The notes: generated from the sequence alone by a model not told the origin. 64,000 nt of DNA from an uncultured Planctomycetaceae bacterium (GCA_964427875.1 CAYRVX010000009.1:27600-91599); one strand, 5' to 3'. Positions 47,119 through 57,315 are shown, counted from the first letter of the stretch. Made by a program: numbers and translations.

Positions 47119-48435
47119 TCACACCGTCTCGGGCAGCTCGTAGCCCTTTCGCCTCGGGCGGTCGAGGTGGGTGTTGGCCTCGTCGTCTCCGATGAACTTC
47201 TCGGCCTTGGGGTCCCAGCGGAGCCTGCGGCCGAGCCAGCGGGCGATGTTGCCCAGGTGACAGACGGTCGTGGAGCGGTGGCCGATCTCCACGTCGGCCA
47301 CGCAGCGCTTGCGCGACTTGATGCAGTCGATCCAGTTCTGCATGTGGTTGTCGCTGACGTAGAGGCGGACCTTCGGGTCGGTCAGCGGGTCCTTGACCAG
47401 CTCGGGCGGGGTGCCCTTGGCGCTGCCGCGGTTGATGACGATGCGGCCGTTTTCGCCCTCGAAGATCGCCCCGCCGCCCGGGCCGTTCTCGAGCTTCAGG
47501 ACCACGCCGTCGGCGTAGCGGAAGAAGACCCTCGGCTGGCCGCACATCTTGTTGCCGCGGCTGCGGCTCTCGGGCTTCGTGTACGTCGGCGGGTCGAACT
47601 TCGGGCCCTCGGTCCAGATCTCCACGGGGCCGGACTCGTCCATCCCCAGCGCCCACTGCACCTGGTCCAGCCCGTGGGCGCCCCAGCCGGTCATCTCCCC
47701 GCCGGAATACTCGCGGAAGGAGATCCATCCCGGCTTGGCGCGGGCGATGAAGATGTCGCGATGGTACGGGCGCAGCTTGGTCGGGCCGCACCACAAGTCC
47801 CAGTCCAGGCCGTCGGGCACGTCCTCGCCGCCCAGGCCGCAGTTCCACGGGCTGGGGTAGTTCGACCCGATCACCAGCTTCAGCTTGCCCAGGCGGCCGT
47901 TGCGGATCAGCTCGCAGCCGAGGCGGTTGGCCTTCATCGACCGCTGCTGGCTGCCGGTCTGGAAGACGCGTTTGTACTTTCGCACGGCCCGGGCCATGAG
48001 CCGGCCCTCGCGGATGGTGAGGGTCATGGGCTTCTCGCAGTAGACGTCCTTTTCGGCCTGGCAGGCGTGGATGCAGGGCAGGGCGTGCCAGTGGTCTGGC
48101 GTGGAGACGACCACGGCGTCGACGTCCTTCTGCTCGAGCATCTTGCGGTAGTCCTGGTAGGCCTTGGCCTTTCTGCGGTCGGCGGCGCGTTTGGCGCGGT
48201 TGATGTCCACGTCGACGGCGGCGACCATCTGGACGTCTTTGGGCACGCCGTACAGCCCGCCGGCGCGTCGTCCGGCCCCGACGTACCCCACGCCGATGCG
48301 GTCGTTGGCGCCGGGACGGCCCGGGGCGGCCAGCACGCCCGAGGGGATGAGGTACGGCACGGCGAGGCCCGCAGAGGCAGCCGCGGCGGTGTTGCCCAGG
48401 AAGCGTCTTCGGGAGAGTCTCTTCTGTCCGGCCAT
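47119..48435 (-). CDS. Gfo/Idh/MocA-family oxidoreductase with twin-arginine signal
   Basis: MAGQKRLSRRRFLGNTAAAASAGLAVP (Tat), GVGYVGAG, CEKPMT. Confidence 0.85.
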   Translation of the reverse strand: MAGQKRLSRRRFLGNTAAAASAGLAVPYLIPSGVLAAPGRPGANDRIGVGYVGAGRRAGGLYGVPKDVQMVAAVDVDINRAKRAADRRKAKAYQDYRKMLEQKDVDAVVVSTPDHWHALPCIHACQAEKDVYCEKPMTLTIREGRLMARAVRKYKRVFQTGSQQRSMKANRLGCELIRNGRLGKLKLVIGSNYPSPWNCGLGGEDVPDGLDWDLWCGPTKLRPYHRDIFIARAKPGWISFREYSGGEMTGWGAHGLDQVQWALGMDESGPVEIWTEGPKFDPPTYTKPESRSRGNKMCGQPRVFFRYADGVVLKLENGPGGGAIFEGENGRIVINRGSAKGTPPELVKDPLTDPKVRLYVSDNHMQNWIDCIKSRKRCVADVEIGHRSTTVCHLGNIARWLGRRLRWDPKAEKFIGDDEANTHLDRPRRKGYELPETV

Positions 48436-48555
48436 GCTTCGGCCTCCTTCGTTGACGGCCAGGTGCGAGTGTCCGGTCGCGGTCATTGGCGTTGATTGAG
48501 ATTCTAACCGGAAACCGGCGGCGAGTCGATGGCGGTCTGGACGGGCAGAAGACGC

Positions 48556-48660
48556 GGCCGGCAAGCCGGCCCGCTAAACGCCCAACCGTGCGGAACACAT
48601 TTGGCGTCGGCTCCGCGAAGCGTTTAGCGGCGGGCCTTGGCCCGCGCGCTCGTCGAAGTT
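48556..48660. repeat. REP doublet (REPIN) in a divergent intergenic region
   Basis: cggccggcaagccggcccgctaaacgcc ... cgtttagcggcgggccttggcccgcgcgctcgtcgaag. The 28-nt left arm is identical to 63498-63525. Confidence 0.75.
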
Positions 48661-48688
48661 AGAATCTGTCGCAACGAAGGGAGCCGCC

Positions 48689-49873
48689 ATGAAGAGTAGC
48701 GATGAACTGCGAATCGGCGTGATCGGTGCCGGTGGGCGAGGCGGGCTGGCCTCGCTGGCGCACAAGCCGGACGACGGCGTTCGCGTGGCTGCGGGCGTGG
48801 ACACCCGGCCGGAGGCGCTGGAGGCGTTCCGGGCAAAGTACGGGGCGGATGTCTTCGCCTCCGACGACTACCGCGATCTGCTGAAGCGCGACGACGTGGA
48901 CGCCGTCTTCGTGACCAGCCCCGACTATTGCCACGAAGAGCACGCCGTCGCAGCCGCCGAGGCGGGCAAGCACATCTACCTCGAGAAGCCGATGGCCATC
49001 ACCATCGCCGGCTGCGACCGGATTCTCGAGGCCGCCCGCGCGGCCGGCGTGAGGCTCTACCTCGGCCACAACATGAGGCACTTCCCGGTCATCCGGAAGA
49101 TGAAGGAGTTGATCGACACCGGCGCGATCGGCGAGCCGAAGGTCGGCTGGTGCCGCCACTTCGTCTGCTACGGGTGCGACGCGTACTTCAAGGACTGGCA
49201 CGCCGAGCGGAGCAAGTCCACCGGCCTGCTGCTCCAGAAGGGCGCCCACGACATCGACGTGCTGCACTGGCTGTGCGGCGGGTATTCGCGGCGGGTGACG
49301 GCGATGGGCGGGCTGACGCTGTACGACCGGATCACCGACCGCCGCAGGCCCGAGGAGCCGCCGGACACGTCCTGGCACGTCGAGCACTGGCCGCCGCTCT
49401 CGCAGAAAGGCCTCAACCCCGTCATCGACGTCGAGGACGTCTCCATGATGCTGATGGAGCTGGACAACGGCGTGTTCTGCTCCTACCAGCAGTGCCACTA
49501 CGCCCCGGACGGCTGGCGGAACTACACGGTCATCGGCACGGAGGGGCGCGTGGAGAACTTCGGCACCGTGCCCGGCGAGAAGACGTGCGTGCGGCTGTGG
49601 AACCGGCGGACGCACTACGAGCCCGACGGTGACGAGGTGTTCCACTTCCCGCCGCTTGCCGGCAGCCACGGCGGCGCGGACCCGCGAATCGTCGCCGAGT
49701 TCGTCCGCTACGTCCGAGAGGGCGGCAAGGTGGCCACGTCGCCGGTGGCCGCGCGGTTCAGCGTCGCCGCCGGCTGCCAGGCAACGGTGAGCCTCCGCGG
49801 TGGCAGCCGGCCCGCGGACGTGCCGCCGCTGGACGCCGCCCTCCGCCGGCACTTCGAGGCGGACGAGGCCTAG
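48689..49873 (+). CDS. Gfo/Idh/MocA-family oxidoreductase
   Basis: RIGVIGAGGRG, EKPMAIT, C-terminal alpha/beta domain. Confidence 0.85.
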   Translation: MKSSDELRIGVIGAGGRGGLASLAHKPDDGVRVAAGVDTRPEALEAFRAKYGADVFASDDYRDLLKRDDVDAVFVTSPDYCHEEHAVAAAEAGKHIYLEKPMAITIAGCDRILEAARAAGVRLYLGHNMRHFPVIRKMKELIDTGAIGEPKVGWCRHFVCYGCDAYFKDWHAERSKSTGLLLQKGAHDIDVLHWLCGGYSRRVTAMGGLTLYDRITDRRRPEEPPDTSWHVEHWPPLSQKGLNPVIDVEDVSMMLMELDNGVFCSYQQCHYAPDGWRNYTVIGTEGRVENFGTVPGEKTCVRLWNRRTHYEPDGDEVFHFPPLAGSHGGADPRIVAEFVRYVREGGKVATSPVAARFSVAAGCQATVSLRGGSRPADVPPLDAALRRHFEADEA

Positions 49874-50162
49874 GCGGGCCAAACGGCGGACCGGCCGGGC
49901 AGGACCCGGGGGGTATCTTGCTTTGTGTAATCAGGTTGAGGGGAATGTCCAGGGCCGGATGAGACCGCGGCGGTCGAGCCCGGCGGCGGTCGTTACTCAA
50001 GTCGCCCCGCCTCCTGCCGATGCTAAGCAATGGTGTTCTATAGGAGTTGGTGTCAAGAGACTGCCGTGACTGCTCGATCGGCTGTCGCCGCGTCGGGGTC
50101 CGTGTGCCCGCACGGGCCGCGCCGCGGGCTGTGCGTGCGCAGCCGGACCGGAGATCGACAAC

Positions 50163-50498
50163 GTGAGAATCGCACAGGAGCAGCGTGGCAAGGCAGTGGT
50201 CCTCGCCCCGCGGGGTCCGCTCATCGCCGCGGAGGCGGACCGCCTCCGCAAGCGGGTCGCCAAGGCGCTGGAGGAGGGCGCCGACCCGCTGGTCCTGGAC
50301 GTCTCCGGGGTGCCCTTTCTCGACAGCCGGGGCCTGGAGCTGCTGGTGGACACGACCGAGCGGCTGATCCGCGGCGGCAAGGCGCTGAGGATCTGCGGCG
50401 CGAACGACCTTCTCAGCGAAGTACTTGAGCTGACCGATGTCGCGTCGCTTTTCGAGCAGTTCGACGACGTGGACGCCGCCGTTGGGAGCGCTGGATGA
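50163..50498 (+). CDS. STAS-domain protein (anti-sigma-factor antagonist-like)
   Basis: 111 aa. LVLDVSGVPFLDSRGLELLV is the canonical SpoIIAA/STAS core. GTG start. Its stop overlaps the gspE start. Confidence 0.7.
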   Translation: MRIAQEQRGKAVVLAPRGPLIAAEADRLRKRVAKALEEGADPLVLDVSGVPFLDSRGLELLVDTTERLIRGGKALRICGANDLLSEVLELTDVASLFEQFDDVDAAVGSAG

Positions 50499-52267
50499 AG
50501 GCCGCCGCAAAGAAGATACGCATCGGCGACGTACTGCTGGAGGAAGGCTACCTGACGGCCCAGCAACTGAAGCGCGCGCTGGCCGAACAGAGAAGGACCG
50601 GCCAGTTCCTGGGCGAAATGCTGGTCGAGCGGGGGCTCGTGACGGCCGAGAAGATCCTCTCGGCCCTGTCCAAACGGCTGGGCGTTCGCGGCTGCCAGTT
50701 GCGCAACGGCATGGTCGACCCGGCGCTGCTGGACCTGATCGGCGGGGAAGAGGCCATTCGCCTGAAGGCCCTGCCGATGTTCAGGGTCCGCGACACGCTG
50801 ACGGTGGCGATGGCCGAGCCCCAGTCGCTTCCCAGCATCGACCGCCTTCGGGAGATCACCGGTTGCGACATCCGGCCGGTGCTGGCGCTGGAGAACCAGA
50901 TCGTCGAGTTCGTTCGGAGCTGCTCGGCCCCGGCGACGGGGATGGAGAGCATCCTGGAGACGCTGGGGGATTCGGACATCGAGGTGATGGAGGGCGAGGA
51001 TGCCGGCGAGACCGCGCTGACGGACCTGGACAAGGCGGTGGACAACAGCCCGGTGGTGAACCTGGTGAACATGGTGCTTCTCCGGGCGGTCAAGGACGGC
51101 GCCAGCGACATTCACATCGAGCCGGACAAGAAGGCCACCCGGATACGCTACCGCATCGACGGGGTCCTTCGCGACCTGATGAAGCCGCCGGTCGGCATGC
51201 ACGCGGCGGTCACTTCCCGCGTGAAGGTGACCGGGCGGATGGACATCGCCGAGAAGCGGCTTCCCCAGGAAGGGCGTGTCCGCATCAACGCCGACGGGCG
51301 GGAAATCGACCTCCGCGTCTCCAGCATGCCCACCGTGCTCGGCGAGAAGATCGTCATCCGCATTCTGGACAAGGCCAGGCTGAAGGTCCGTCTGGAGGAC
51401 CTCGGCTTTCGCCCCGACACGCTGGAGTCGTTCCTCGGGATGCTTCGCCAGCCGTACGGGCTGGTGCTGGTCACCGGGCCGACCGGCAGCGGCAAGACCA
51501 CGACGCTGTACTCCGCGCTGGGGCTGATCAGGAGCCCCGAGCAGAACATCGTCACGGTGGAGGACCCCGTGGAGTACCAGTTGGACCTGATCAACCAGAT
51601 CCAGGTGAAGGAATCGATCGGCATGACCTTCGCGCGGGCGCTGCGGAGCATTCTGCGGCAGGACCCCGACGTGATCATGGTGGGGGAGATCCGGGACGAG
51701 GAGACGGCCAGGGTGGCGGTTCAGGCGGCCCTGACCGGCCACCTCGTCCTCGCGACGCTGCACACGAACGACGCGCCGGGGGCCGTTGCCCGGCTGGTGG
51801 ACATGGGCGTCGAGCCGTACCTGCTCTCCGGCGCGCTCAACGGCGTGGTGGCCCAGCGCCTGGTCCGGACGGTCTGCCCGAACTGCTCCGAGCCGTATCG
51901 TCCCGAGGCCGAGGTCCTGAAGAAGGCGCAACTGGCCGACAGGACCGACCAGGCGTTCGTCCGGGGCAACGGGTGTCCGAGCTGTCACCAGTCGGGCTTC
52001 ACCGGGCGGACGGGCATCTACGAGGTCATGGAGATGTTCCCCGAGCTGCGGCGCCTGATCCAGAAGGGCGTGTCATCTCATGAGATCCGTGACCGCTGGA
52101 TCGAGGGAGGGGGCGTGACCCTCCGGCAGGAGGGTGTGATGGTGGCGCTGTCGGGCAGGACGTCCCTGGAAGAGGCACTGGGCGTGACGCATGGCGAAGG
52201 CGACGCGCTGCCGGGATCGGTCGGCCGGAAGCTCGGCGGCGATCCGGTGGCCGTCGAGGTCGGATGA
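50495..52267 (+). CDS. gspE: type II secretion / type IV pilus assembly ATPase (GspE/PilB family)
   Basis: N-terminal T2SSE_N domain, Walker A GPTGSGKTTT, Asp/His boxes, tetracysteine (CPNC...CPSC). Confidence 0.9.
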   Translation: MKAAAKKIRIGDVLLEEGYLTAQQLKRALAEQRRTGQFLGEMLVERGLVTAEKILSALSKRLGVRGCQLRNGMVDPALLDLIGGEEAIRLKALPMFRVRDTLTVAMAEPQSLPSIDRLREITGCDIRPVLALENQIVEFVRSCSAPATGMESILETLGDSDIEVMEGEDAGETALTDLDKAVDNSPVVNLVNMVLLRAVKDGASDIHIEPDKKATRIRYRIDGVLRDLMKPPVGMHAAVTSRVKVTGRMDIAEKRLPQEGRVRINADGREIDLRVSSMPTVLGEKIVIRILDKARLKVRLEDLGFRPDTLESFLGMLRQPYGLVLVTGPTGSGKTTTLYSALGLIRSPEQNIVTVEDPVEYQLDLINQIQVKESIGMTFARALRSILRQDPDVIMVGEIRDEETARVAVQAALTGHLVLATLHTNDAPGAVARLVDMGVEPYLLSGALNGVVAQRLVRTVCPNCSEPYRPEAEVLKKAQLADRTDQAFVRGNGCPSCHQSGFTGRTGIYEVMEMFPELRRLIQKGVSSHEIRDRWIEGGGVTLRQEGVMVALSGRTSLEEALGVTHGEGDALPGSVGRKLGGDPVAVEVG

Positions 52268-52277
52268 GAACAGCGAC

Positions 52278-53525
52278 ATGAAACTGGCGTACCGTGCCTA
52301 TGAGAAGACCGGGCGTGAGGTCGCGGACGTGATCGAGGCGCCCAGCGCCGCCGAGGCGGCCGAGAGGCTCCGCCACGAGGAGCTGTTCGTTGCGGAGATT
52401 GCCCCGGCCGAGGAAGCGCCCGAGAAGGCCGGGCGGCGCCGGGCCGGCCCCAGGCGGCTCCGCCTGCCCGGGGGCCGCACGCGCCGGCTGAGGAACCTCG
52501 CCATGTTCACCCGGCAGCTCTACGTCCTGATGCGGGCGGGGACGCCGCTGGCGGAGGGGCTGCGAGCGCTGGAGCGCCAGGCGAGGGACCCCGCCTGGCG
52601 CGAGGTCATCGCCGACGTCTGCTCGCACCTGGAGCGGGGGATCTCGCTGGCAAAGGCGATGGAGGTCCGCCCGGATTACTTCGACGCCGTGTACCGCAAC
52701 ATGATCCAGGCGGGCGAGTCGGCCGGCAAGCTGACGACCGTGCTGGACCGCCTGGCCCAACTGATCCGCAAGCGGCTGCACGTCAGGCGCACCGTCCGCG
52801 GGGCGATGATCTACCCGTCCCTCCTGGTGGTCGTCTCCCTCACGGTCATCACGGTGATGATGCTGACGGTCATTCCGCGCTTCGCCGATCTCTTCGAGGC
52901 GCTGGACGTCCCGCTGCCCCCGACGACGGCCATGCTGATCGGCTTCAGCGAGAAGCTCCAGTCGTACTGGGTGGTGGCGCTGGCGATTGTCGTCGGCGCG
53001 GGCGCGGGCGCGCGGTTCCTGCTCAGGACCCGGAAGGGCAGGCGCCTCAAGGACACCCTGGCGCTGCGGCTGCCCTACATCGGCGGGCTGGCGCGGAGCT
53101 TCGCGACCGCGCAGATCGCCCGCCTGCTGGCCGTCCTGCTGGACAGCCATCTGCCCGTGCTCGAGGCCCTCCGCCTGACCCGAAACGCGGTACCCAACGT
53201 TCACTACGTGGAGCTCCTCGGCCGGGCCGAACAGGCGGTCTCCAGGGGCAAGCCGATCAGCTCGGCGTTTCGCCACAGCGACCTGATCGTCTCGAGCGTC
53301 TACGAGACGACCCGCAGCGGCGAGCAGAGCGGTCAGGTCGCCCCGCTGCTGCTCGACCTGGCGGACTTCCTCGACGAGGAGAACGAGACGGCCCTCAAGG
53401 GGCTGATCAGCATCCTCGAGCCCAGCATCCTGATCTTCATGGGCGTGGTGGTGGGCTTTGTGGCCCTGAGCATCTTCACGCCGCTGTTCGACGCCACCGG
53501 AATGGTGGGAGGAGGCGCCCGGTGA
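52278..53525 (+). CDS. gspF: type II secretion system protein F (GspF/PilC platform protein)
   Basis: Two T2SF repeats (e.g. ...MIQAGESAGKL...). Three TM segments. 415 aa. Confidence 0.85.
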   Translation: MKLAYRAYEKTGREVADVIEAPSAAEAAERLRHEELFVAEIAPAEEAPEKAGRRRAGPRRLRLPGGRTRRLRNLAMFTRQLYVLMRAGTPLAEGLRALERQARDPAWREVIADVCSHLERGISLAKAMEVRPDYFDAVYRNMIQAGESAGKLTTVLDRLAQLIRKRLHVRRTVRGAMIYPSLLVVVSLTVITVMMLTVIPRFADLFEALDVPLPPTTAMLIGFSEKLQSYWVVALAIVVGAGAGARFLLRTRKGRRLKDTLALRLPYIGGLARSFATAQIARLLAVLLDSHLPVLEALRLTRNAVPNVHYVELLGRAEQAVSRGKPISSAFRHSDLIVSSVYETTRSGEQSGQVAPLLLDLADFLDEENETALKGLISILEPSILIFMGVVVGFVALSIFTPLFDATGMVGGGAR

Positions 53526-53604
53526 GCTGGCCAGACGGCCTAATCTGCCGCACCGCGCTGCGCAAGCTCGCCTCCTGGTGGCGTTCGCTGAGAGGACCGG
53601 CGCT

Positions 53605-53695
53605 GACGTCGTGCCGCTTCGTGTCGAGCCGGCTGGCGCCCTTGCGGCGCCGCGTCCGGGGGCCGGCAGGCACGTCATGCCGCTTCGTGTGGAGC
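53605..53695. repeat. 25-bp imperfect direct repeat pair in the gspF-pilM spacer
   Basis: gacgtcgtgccgcttcgtgtcgagc (53605-53629) and cacgtcatgccgcttcgtgtggagc (53671-53695), with 41 bp between them. Confidence 0.6.
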
Positions 53696-53719
53696 ACCGT
53701 TGCATCGTGGCGGGAGTCC

Positions 53720-54772
53720 ATGAAGCTGCCCGGTCGCGGGCTCCACGGGCCGATCGGCGTGGACGTCGGCGCGCGGCGGATCAAGGCGGCGCAGTTCGGC
53801 CGATCGCCCGCCGGCTGGCGGATCGACGCGGCGCTTTCCATGCCCCGGGCCGCGTCGGGCTCGGCCCCGGGCCCGCAGGAGGTCCGCCGGCTCGGCCGTC
53901 TGCTGGCCGAGAGGGGCTTCAAGGGCGGCTCCATCGTGCTGGCCGTGCCGCCGGACAGGCTGCTGGCGGGGATCATGGAGCTTCCTCCGGAGGATTCCGG
54001 GGCGCCGATCGACCTGCTGGCTCACTCGGAGCTGGCGAGGATGCACGCCTGCCTGCCGGAGGACCTGGAGATGGGCTCGTGGCGCCTCCCCGCGCCCGCC
54101 CGCGCGGCCAACACGACGTTTGTCATGGGCGTGGCCTGCCGGCACGCCGACGCGAACGAGCTGCTGGACCTGTTCGAGACGGAGGGCTTGGACGTCGAGA
54201 GGCTCCAGACCCAGGCCCAGGCCGTCGCCAGGGCGTGCCAGCCGCTGCTGGCCGACATTCGAGGGATCGCCGGCATTCTCGACATCGGGTGGGATTCGGC
54301 GCGGCTGGTCCTGCTGTTTCAGGGAGTCGTGGTCTACGAACGGAACCTGGCCCGCAGCGGCCTGAACGTCCTCGTGGCGTCCCTGGCCGATCAGCTCGGC
54401 CTGAGCGCCGAGGAGGTCGAGAAGGTGCTGAGCGACGGGGCGAGCTCCGGCCGGGCGGCTTCCAGGCGCCGCCGCGGCGCGAAAGTCATCGACGCCGCGG
54501 TGGCCGGCCACTTCCAGGCCGTGGTGCAGGAGATGCGGATTCCGCTGTCCTACCTGGCCAATCAGTACCCCGACGCGGCGATGGAGCGCCTGCTGCTGGT
54601 GGGCGGCGGCGCGGGCCTCGGCGCGCCGGGGGAGCATCTGGCTTCGGCGATAGAGACGGACGTGCGGATCGTCTTGCCGAGCGACATGGCACGGTGCCCG
54701 GAATCGTTTGATGAGGAATACGGCCCAACGCTGGCGGCGGCGGTCGGCCTGGGGCAGCTCGACGGAAGGTGA
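53720..54772 (+). CDS. pilM: type IV pilus assembly protein PilM-like (actin-fold)
   Basis: GVDVGARRIKAAQF start and ILDIGWDSARLVL segment are typical of PilM. The 67 codons upstream of this start in the track ORF are R-rich and span the direct repeats. Confidence 0.65.
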   Translation: MKLPGRGLHGPIGVDVGARRIKAAQFGRSPAGWRIDAALSMPRAASGSAPGPQEVRRLGRLLAERGFKGGSIVLAVPPDRLLAGIMELPPEDSGAPIDLLAHSELARMHACLPEDLEMGSWRLPAPARAANTTFVMGVACRHADANELLDLFETEGLDVERLQTQAQAVARACQPLLADIRGIAGILDIGWDSARLVLLFQGVVVYERNLARSGLNVLVASLADQLGLSAEEVEKVLSDGASSGRAASRRRRGAKVIDAAVAGHFQAVVQEMRIPLSYLANQYPDAAMERLLLVGGGAGLGAPGEHLASAIETDVRIVLPSDMARCPESFDEEYGPTLAAAVGLGQLDGR

Positions 54773-54776
54773 ACGG

Positions 54777-55448
54777 GTGCAGCGAGTGAACCTCATACCG
54801 GCTCCGCGGCGCGAGGCGAGGGCCCGCCGGGTGCACCTCCGCCTGGTGGCGGTGGGGCTGACGGCGTACGCGGTGTTCGTCCTGGCCGGCTACGTGATGT
54901 GCTACGCCTTTTCCGACGAGGAGACCGAGGCGGCATTCCGGGACATGCGCGACGTGACGGCCAGGGCCAGGGAGTCGGACGAGGAGATACGGTCCCTTCG
55001 CGCCGAGATCGCCGAGACGAAGCGGGAGCTGGCGGCGGCCCAGGCCGTGGCCAGACACCCCGACTGGGGCCTCCTGCTTGCGATCCTGACCCACGCCGTG
55101 CCCGACGAGGTCGTCCTGCAACGGTGCATGCTCGTGCCGGTCGAGGAGGATGACCGCGAGAAGGGCGATTCGCAGGACTCCGCTGGCGGCCTGTGGTCCC
55201 GGCAGGACGGCCCGGACGCTCCAGGCGCCCTGGCCGCGAGCCTGAACCGCAGCTACCGCCTCGAAGTGGGCGGCTTTGCCAGGACGCAGGCGGCCGTCTC
55301 AAGCTTCGTCCTTCGCCTGGAGAAGATCGGCCTGTTCGATCAGGTCAAGCTGATCAAGACGAGTCGCCGGGTGTTCCTCGAGGGGCAGGCGGTTGCGTTT
55401 GAGCTGGAGTGCTCCCTCGACGGGAAGAGGAGGATAGCCAGCCGATGA
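54777..55448 (+). CDS. pilN: PilN-like inner-membrane pilus assembly protein
   Basis: VNLIPAPRREARARR then a single TM helix, then a coiled-coil segment. GTG start with RBS ggaagg upstream. Confidence 0.55.
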   Translation: MQRVNLIPAPRREARARRVHLRLVAVGLTAYAVFVLAGYVMCYAFSDEETEAAFRDMRDVTARARESDEEIRSLRAEIAETKRELAAAQAVARHPDWGLLLAILTHAVPDEVVLQRCMLVPVEEDDREKGDSQDSAGGLWSRQDGPDAPGALAASLNRSYRLEVGGFARTQAAVSSFVLRLEKIGLFDQVKLIKTSRRVFLEGQAVAFELECSLDGKRRIASR

Positions 55449-56026
55449 TCGAGGTTCTCGGAACAGGCCGGACGTTCCGTCTGCGGGCCAACGCCATCGC
55501 GGTGGCCCTCGGCACGCTTGCCGCCCTGCCCCTGTGCTTCGCGAGGATCAACCCTCTTCTGCGTCCCGGGACGTACGCCAGCGAACAGAAGGCGAAGCTG
55601 GAGGTCTTGCGGCGGACGGAGGCGGACCTGGCCGAGTCGGTCGCCCAGCAGAGCAGCGCGCTGGATAAGCTCCGCACGACCGTGCGAAGTCAGAAGATAC
55701 GGCTTGGCTCGGGGGGGAACGTCAACCAGCGGATCGCCAAGCTTGCGGATCTGACGGAACGCATCGGTCTGGCGATGAACGAGGTCGTGCCGGGCGAGTG
55801 CTCCCGCGTCGGGCCCTATGAGGCCGTGCCGGTCAGCCTGGTGGTCAGCGGCAAGTACCCCACCTGCGTGACGTTCCTGCGAGAGCTCAAGGAGACGTTT
55901 CCGGACACGTCGGTCGATTCCTTCGAGCTGTCCAGCAAGTCCGGCAAGCCGAGCGGGACGGCGGAATTCCGCGTCCAGCTTCTCTGGTACACCGCGGCCG
56001 GGGACGCGACGACGGAGAAAGAATAA
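55445..56026 (+). CDS. pilO: PilO-like pilus assembly protein
   Basis: N-terminal TM helix, coiled-coil segment (KLEVLRRTEADLAESVAQQSSALDKLR), C-terminal alpha/beta domain. atgA overlap with pilN. Confidence 0.45.
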   Translation: MIEVLGTGRTFRLRANAIAVALGTLAALPLCFARINPLLRPGTYASEQKAKLEVLRRTEADLAESVAQQSSALDKLRTTVRSQKIRLGSGGNVNQRIAKLADLTERIGLAMNEVVPGECSRVGPYEAVPVSLVVSGKYPTCVTFLRELKETFPDTSVDSFELSSKSGKPSGTAEFRVQLLWYTAAGDATTEKE

Positions 56027-56070
56027 CCCCATCGCATTGGCTCGGCGGGTTTTCGTATCTTCTATTTCCC

Positions 56071-56646
56071 TTGGTCATGGTGCTATCCAAGAGACAGAAG
56101 ATACTTGCAGTTGCGCTGGGCGCGGCCGTGGCGGTCTTCGTCGCTGACCGCATCCTGCTGGACCGGGACGATATCGGCCCGGCCGAGGCGCGGGCCTGGC
56201 CGCTGGGGGATGTGGACCCCCAACCGCTGGTTCCCAAAGGCCTGGTTTCGGGGGCTCGGGCCTGCGAATGGTCACAAGAGAAGGAGGTCACGCTGGCAGA
56301 TCGGCTTGAGCAAGCCGTGGAAGACGGCGACATCGACCCCACGGCGGTCAAAGACGCCTTCTGTCCCTCGGAATCGTGGTCGGGCCTGGACCTGACCGCG
56401 CGGTTCCCGCCGGGCTCGGCCGACGCCGTCGCCAGGGCCTTTGCCGAGAGTCACAGACTCACGGCCACCGCCGTCAGCGCAGAAGGTGGAATGGCCATCA
56501 TCGACGGTCAATGCCTCGCCGTCGGCCGGGAGATCGATGGGTTCCGCCTGGTCTCGGTAAGCCGCAACTCGGCCGTCCTCATCTGCGCCGGCGTTAAGGC
56601 AACACTGACGCTCTCGAACGAAACTTCCACCAGTGCAAGGGATTAG
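56071..56646 (+). CDS. membrane-anchored hypothetical protein (possible PilP-like)
   Basis: TM anchor MVMVLSKRQKILAVALGAAVAVFVA. Position after pilMNO suggests PilP, but no diagnostic motif is present. Confidence 0.35.
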   Translation: MVMVLSKRQKILAVALGAAVAVFVADRILLDRDDIGPAEARAWPLGDVDPQPLVPKGLVSGARACEWSQEKEVTLADRLEQAVEDGDIDPTAVKDAFCPSESWSGLDLTARFPPGSADAVARAFAESHRLTATAVSAEGGMAIIDGQCLAVGREIDGFRLVSVSRNSAVLICAGVKATLTLSNETSTSARD

Positions 56647-56841
56647 TAGTCTGGCCGCTCCGGTCTCCCTGAGGTGGCACGGCTCTGCGAGCTGTGGCGG
56701 CGCCGGCCAGGCACGTGCATGCGCAGGATCGCCCCCGGGAAACCTGCCTGCTGGTCAAGTGCCGCGCCCGAGGCGCCGAAATAGAAGAAGGTCCTATACC
56801 GCTGACGGATACCAACCGCATCAATAGGAGGATCAACGGAC

Positions 56842-57315
56842 ATGCTGAAGCGAGCGACGAGGAGCAAAGGCTTTAGTCTTTTGGAGTTGGTCGTGGTCGT
56901 TGTGATCATCGGGATCATCGCGGCGGTGGCGATTCCGCGTCTGAGCCGCGGCTCGGCCGGGGCGGCCGACGCCGCCTTGAGCGGCAACCTCGCGGTCCTG
57001 AGAAACGCGATCGACCTGTATTCCGCCGAGCACGGCGGAGCGTTCCCGAAGGTCACCGTCGTTGAGAAGGCCCTCCTGACGTACACCGACAGCAGCGGCA
57101 ACCTCAGCGACACGAAGGACACCGCCCACATCTACGGCCCGTACATCCGCAAGATGCCCCCGCTGCCCGTCGGGGCGAGGAAGGGCAAGACCAAAATCGC
57201 CGCCCAGGACGCCGACGACGTCGGCTGGATCTACAGCGAGAAGACGGGCGACATCCGGGCCAACACGACCGACAGCGAAAAGGACGAGGCGGGCAAGCTC
57301 TACAGGGACTATTGA
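56842..57315 (+). CDS. gspG: major pseudopilin (GspG/PulG-like) with prepilin N-terminal methylation motif
   Basis: KGFSLLELVVVVVIIGIIAAVAIP (G|FSLLE class-III signal). RBS aggagg upstream. Confidence 0.85.
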   Translation: MLKRATRSKGFSLLELVVVVVIIGIIAAVAIPRLSRGSAGAADAALSGNLAVLRNAIDLYSAEHGGAFPKVTVVEKALLTYTDSSGNLSDTKDTAHIYGPYIRKMPPLPVGARKGKTKIAAQDADDVGWIYSEKTGDIRANTTDSEKDEAGKLYRDY

